From: an uncultured virus (IMG/VR IMGVR_UViG_3300029787_000013)
Taxonomy: Duplodnaviria; Heunggongvirae; Uroviricota; Caudoviricetes
IMG/VR virus record: IMGVR_UViG_3300029787_000013
Direction: 5' to 3' (one strand)
Length of the DNA: 64,000 bases
Shown: positions 61,169-64,000 of the stretch, piece by piece
Layout of the letters: each line of letters begins with the position of its first letter
Numbering within the stretch: position 1 is the first letter of the stretch
Notes under the pieces: generated by a model
The model's input: the letters and a program-made list of their open reading frames with translations, nothing else
Told to the model about the DNA's origin: nothing
Databases searched by the model: none
Position numbers and translations under genes: made by a program

Positions 61169-61687
61169 TTATTGACTATATTTATTAACTTCAACCCCAC
61201 CCCGTGTAGGATTGTTTGCTTGTTCCTCTTTTTTAACTATATCCTCTAATCTAGATAATCCATCAACTACTTTACCCATTTTCTCAAGATTATTAACTAG
61301 ATCTTTAGCATGAAATATTGGTCTCCCATTATCATCTACTAATGTTAGATCTACAGTCCTAAAATAGGCCTCTAATTTTTTTACAGATTCTCTTGCAGCT
61401 TTTAATAATTTAACTGCAGATGTTTCTATTAATTCATTATATTTGTCGCATGCAATTTTTAATTTATTTGACGGATTCCATTTTTTGGTTCCAAATAAAC
61501 TGTTCTTTACTTCTTCATGTCGTTTATCCCATTCGTAAACTGCATAAGCTGATCTATGATCGCACATAAAATATACATACCCAAGTTCTTTTGTATTAAG
61601 ATCTTTGAATTCTTTAATTAATAAAGAATACGCGCTTGGAACTGGTACTTTATTCTTCAGTATTATTAGATCGTCTTGTAGACTCAT
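61169..61687 (-). CDS. Conserved crAss-like helical protein (candidate terminase small subunit)
   Basis: 172 aa; YVYFMCDHRS, VDLTLVDDNGRPIF, RGG at the C terminus; adjacent to the HU-like gene upstream of terL. Confidence 0.5.
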   Translation of the reverse strand: MSLQDDLIILKNKVPVPSAYSLLIKEFKDLNTKELGYVYFMCDHRSAYAVYEWDKRHEEVKNSLFGTKKWNPSNKLKIACDKYNELIETSAVKLLKAARESVKKLEAYFRTVDLTLVDDNGRPIFHAKDLVNNLEKMGKVVDGLSRLEDIVKKEEQANNPTRGGVEVNKYSQ

Positions 61688-61892
61688 TTTTTAGTTTATT
61701 TATATGTTTTACTCTATTTTTATTTACTGTAAATTTTCCAAAATAAGGTAATTTAACTGTAGAGAAACTTCCATGTCTCATTACTAAAGTTGTATATTTA
61801 AATTGTGAATTTACAATTGTTTCAATTTCTTTTAAAGAAAGATTATACTTATTAGCTAAAAAATATATTATTTCTTTTTTATTTCTGGCCAT
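61650..61892 (-). CDS. HU/IHF-like DNA-binding protein
   Basis: EIIYFLANKYNLSLKEIETIV...VKLPYFGKFTV. Confidence 0.75.
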   Translation of the reverse strand: MARNKKEIIYFLANKYNLSLKEIETIVNSQFKYTTLVMRHGSFSTVKLPYFGKFTVNKNRVKHINKLKNESTRRSNNTEE

Positions 61893-62119
61893 CTTGCTGG
61901 TTTATCTGGGCACTCTGTAGTACTCCATTTAGCTTTAACTGCAATATTGCATCCACATAATCCACATGAATCATTATGTGTTCCTTCTACTCTATGTTCA
62001 CAAGACTGGCATGCTTTTAATCTTTCTTCGTATTGCTCAGTAGTTACATTAGGTGCGCCCGATGCAATATATTTAGTTGCCTCTTTTGCAAATTGTAATG
62101 TTAATTTAAAAATATTCAT
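61868..62119 (-). CDS. Small Zn-binding-like protein
   Basis: RLKACQSC...CGLCGC...KAKW...CP. Confidence 0.65.
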   Translation of the reverse strand: MNIFKLTLQFAKEATKYIASGAPNVTTEQYEERLKACQSCEHRVEGTHNDSCGLCGCNIAVKAKWSTTECPDKPARWPEIKKK

Positions 62120-62243
62120 CTGTTATTAATTTACTATGTACGTATTTTCCTTTTTTATCTGTTATAATTTCTACGGCTCCTCCATGAATCTCGTAAACAT
62201 ATAAAAGTAAAGTTTTATTTGCTACCAGTCCAAACCACTTCAA
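62106..62243 (-). CDS. Possible small protein (45 aa, TTG start)
   Basis: Open frame MKWFGLVANKTLLLYVYEIHGG... bridges two genes with overlapping ends. Confidence 0.35.
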   Translation of the reverse strand: MKWFGLVANKTLLLYVYEIHGGAVEIITDKKGKYVHSKLITDEYF

Positions 62244-62538
62244 CTGTAATGCTATCGGGTCTTTTGAGGATTCTGTGTAAAACATAATTATTATTTTTTA
62301 AAGTTATAGCTCCTTTATCTTTGAAGCGTTTTACATAATTATTCAATTTGTTTGGATCATCTATTTTTAATTTTTTTGCCACTTTAACTTTATTATCATA
62401 AGAACATAAATTTTCACTTTTATTAATATCCATTAAAGCTGATAATATAGATAATTCTTTAGCTGTTAAATTAAACATACTGTTCCAAAACTGTAAGTAT
62501 TTATAATTACTATTTATTTCTAATTTAATTTTTTTCAT
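62215..62538 (-). CDS. Winged-helix-like DNA-binding protein
   Basis: LTAKELSILSAL...KVAKKLKI..NKLNNYVKRFKDKGAI. Confidence 0.6.
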   Translation of the reverse strand: MKKIKLEINSNYKYLQFWNSMFNLTAKELSILSALMDINKSENLCSYDNKVKVAKKLKIDDPNKLNNYVKRFKDKGAITLKNNNYVLHRILKRPDSITVEVVWTGSK

Positions 62539-62701
62539 TTTCTATTTCTATTTGCAATACATAATAATCTTTGCTAACAAACATTGTTAATCTAGAATCA
62601 CAATTACTAATCTTTTTAAAATTTTTTAATTTCTTTTCAAAATCTATACTAGTTTTTATCCAATCTTCAAATTTTTTTATCCTATAATTAGTTTTTAACA
62701 T
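62525..62701 (-). CDS. Small hypothetical protein (58 aa)
   Basis: Below the track cutoff; MLKTNYRIKKFEDW...; overlaps both neighbours. Confidence 0.5.
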   Translation of the reverse strand: MLKTNYRIKKFEDWIKTSIDFEKKLKNFKKISNCDSRLTMFVSKDYYVLQIEIENEKN

Positions 62702-62933
62702 CTTTTATTTCTATACTTGCTTTACTACCATCAAAAGTAATCTTACAGGTTTTAGATTGTAAATTAAATTGCTCTATATATTTACCCATATTTTCTCTAG
62801 ATGATAAAAACGATAAAAATACAGCTAATTCTTTAGCTGTCCTATATAAATGCTCTTCTTTTTCAGTTAGAGTTTTATTTTTATCTTGCAATTTAGTATA
62901 ATCCTCTAAGCTAATAGTAACTGTACCTTTCAT
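62688..62933 (-). CDS. Hypothetical protein
   Basis: 81 aa; MKGTVTISLEDYTKL plus coiled coil. Confidence 0.6.
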   Translation of the reverse strand: MKGTVTISLEDYTKLQDKNKTLTEKEEHLYRTAKELAVFLSFLSSRENMGKYIEQFNLQSKTCKITFDGSKASIEIKDVKN

Positions 62934-63116
62934 CTATTTTACAGGTTCTTCTTTTGCTAAATATGTATAGTATACACGATCAGAGATCTTTTTACTATTT
63001 GTATTATATAAAACAGATCCATCTTTAGCTATTCCATATATATCTTCTCCATACATATCTTTAAAGAAATCCTGTTTCCATTGTACCATTTCTGATATTA
63101 AGTAAATCTTTTCCAT
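62934..63116 (-). CDS. Hypothetical protein
   Basis: 60 aa, tightly packed in the operon. Confidence 0.55.
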   Translation of the reverse strand: MEKIYLISEMVQWKQDFFKDMYGEDIYGIAKDGSVLYNTNSKKISDRVYYTYLAKEEPVK

Positions 63117-63118
63117 AA

Positions 63119-63406
63119 TTATTGTTTAAATATACCCATACAGAAATGTTCAGGAATCATTATATATGATACATCCTCTATATTTATAATATTACCTGTA
63201 GTTGTTGGATTAACCATAGCAAGATCTCCAACCTTAGCTTGTTTACACTCAGGTCCTATAGCTAGTATTTCAGAAATGTTAGATTGTAATTTAGCAGACA
63301 TATTTTCTGGTAAGATAATACCACTTTCAGTCTCCTCTACTCTAGGATCAGCAATTAACACCCAATCCCTTGTTGGAGTAAAGTCTTTTAAAGTTTGTTT
63401 TGACAT
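63119..63406 (-). CDS. groES: GroES-like co-chaperonin
   Basis: PTRDWVLI, TESGIILP mobile loop, ILAIGP, KVGD. Confidence 0.88.
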   Translation of the reverse strand: MSKQTLKDFTPTRDWVLIADPRVEETESGIILPENMSAKLQSNISEILAIGPECKQAKVGDLAMVNPTTTGNIINIEDVSYIMIPEHFCMGIFKQ

Positions 63407-63430
63407 AGTCTAGTTTATTTTAGTTATAAG

Positions 63431-63464
63431 CAAATATATAACAAAATTTTTTATATCAAAACAA
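63431..63464 (-). promoter_or_regulatory. Bacteroidota sigma-A-type promoter heading the late region
   Basis: -7 TATATTTG (63431-63438); TTTG at 63457-63460. Confidence 0.6.
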
Positions 63465-63489
63465 AAAATAAAATATTTTTTTTAAATAA

Positions 63490-63728
63490 TTGAGAATTGG
63501 ATACACCTCCCCCCTTGGAAATTAGTTTAATTTTGAATTTCTACTTACCGTTTTTAGCCTGCGTGGGTACATTTCTGTCAGCCTATAGTATTACTCCCAC
63601 CTAAGTTTTATATCAAAACAATTTTTGGAATTATTGGGGACAACCGTGACTAATTAGATTAGTTCGTAAACCCAACTTCTGACCCTATAACTACCTTTTG
63701 GCCCTCTAGGGTGATCTAAGATTCCAGT
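63490..63728 (-). ncRNA. Candidate structured non-coding RNA or regulatory element
   Basis: No ORF of 60 aa or more; GC-richer than flanks; several nested stems; promoter-like TTG-N20-TAATATTG at 63730-63760. Confidence 0.35.
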
Positions 63729-63888
63729 GCAATATTACATAATACCTATGACAAATGCAAGGATTATAATAAAAATATATAAATAATTTGAAATATCTAT
63801 TTTCATATTGCAATATACAACTCTAATGTTAAACTAATATTACAACAGTATTACAAAATTATTAAAAAAATTTTTTAGGCGTGGCCTA

Positions 63889-63896
63889 TATTTTTG
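63889..63896 (+). promoter_or_regulatory. Possible divergent promoter -7 box
   Basis: TATTTTTG on the plus strand; an A-rich leader and ATG at 63995 suggest a plus-strand gene starts at the window edge. Confidence 0.35.
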
Positions 63897-64000
63897 AGCG
63901 TGTGAAGGTATTAAATAACTCACCCCACTTCTTTTCCAAGGTTCAAATGCCCCGTTGGGTATAAGAATTAAAGTATTAATTTAAAAAATTGCAAATGAAA

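Noticed and set aside
835..62129. Many short plus-strand ORFs (e.g. 47570-48100, 57101-57469, 60568-60981) and nested minus-strand ORFs
   Set aside because: Antisense or out-of-frame shadows of well-supported genes, with no recognisable motifs
1..63406. Stop-codon reassignment (TAG to Gln or TGA to Trp), known in some crAss-like phages
   Set aside because: Very long ORFs are intact under code 11; TAG (48174, 62934) and TGA serve as normal stops; no suppressor tRNA seen
63490..63730. RNase P, tmRNA or tRNA identity for the structured region
   Set aside because: Only a faint ACAGAAA similarity; no GAGGAAAGUCC, tRNA-like ends or T-loop found

Overview
AT-rich segment of a crAss-like (Crassvirales-type) phage that infects a Bacteroidota, probably flavobacterial, host. 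Nearly all real genes lie on the minus strand as one late/structural region. Read from right to left it contains: a non-coding strand-switch region; GroES; HU/IHF-like and small genes; an SNase-like nuclease; terminase large subunit; portal; a ~1,900-aa modular protein; scaffold-like protein; major capsid protein; capsid, ring and fibre genes; a host-envelope/lysis cluster; tail rings and muzzle; three cargo proteins; a 4,621-aa virion RNA polymerase (DFDSD motif plus zincin); and a further truncated giant protein. Two 10-N gaps split terL and the modular protein artificially. I saw no tRNA, CRISPR array or transposase. Most notable: (1) a phage-encoded envelope module, comprising a beta-barrel OMP, a T9SS-type cargo with an LDLa-like head and an O-glycosylation-sequon stalk, and an exported CxxC-less thioredoxin; (2) a shared [KR]xGG..[YF]QxxG motif that punctuates several putative virion-internal proteins and separates the domains of a polyprotein-like gene; (3) a candidate ~240-nt structured RNA at the strand switch; (4) a conserved late-promoter architecture. 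All family calls come from motifs read by eye, not from database searches.
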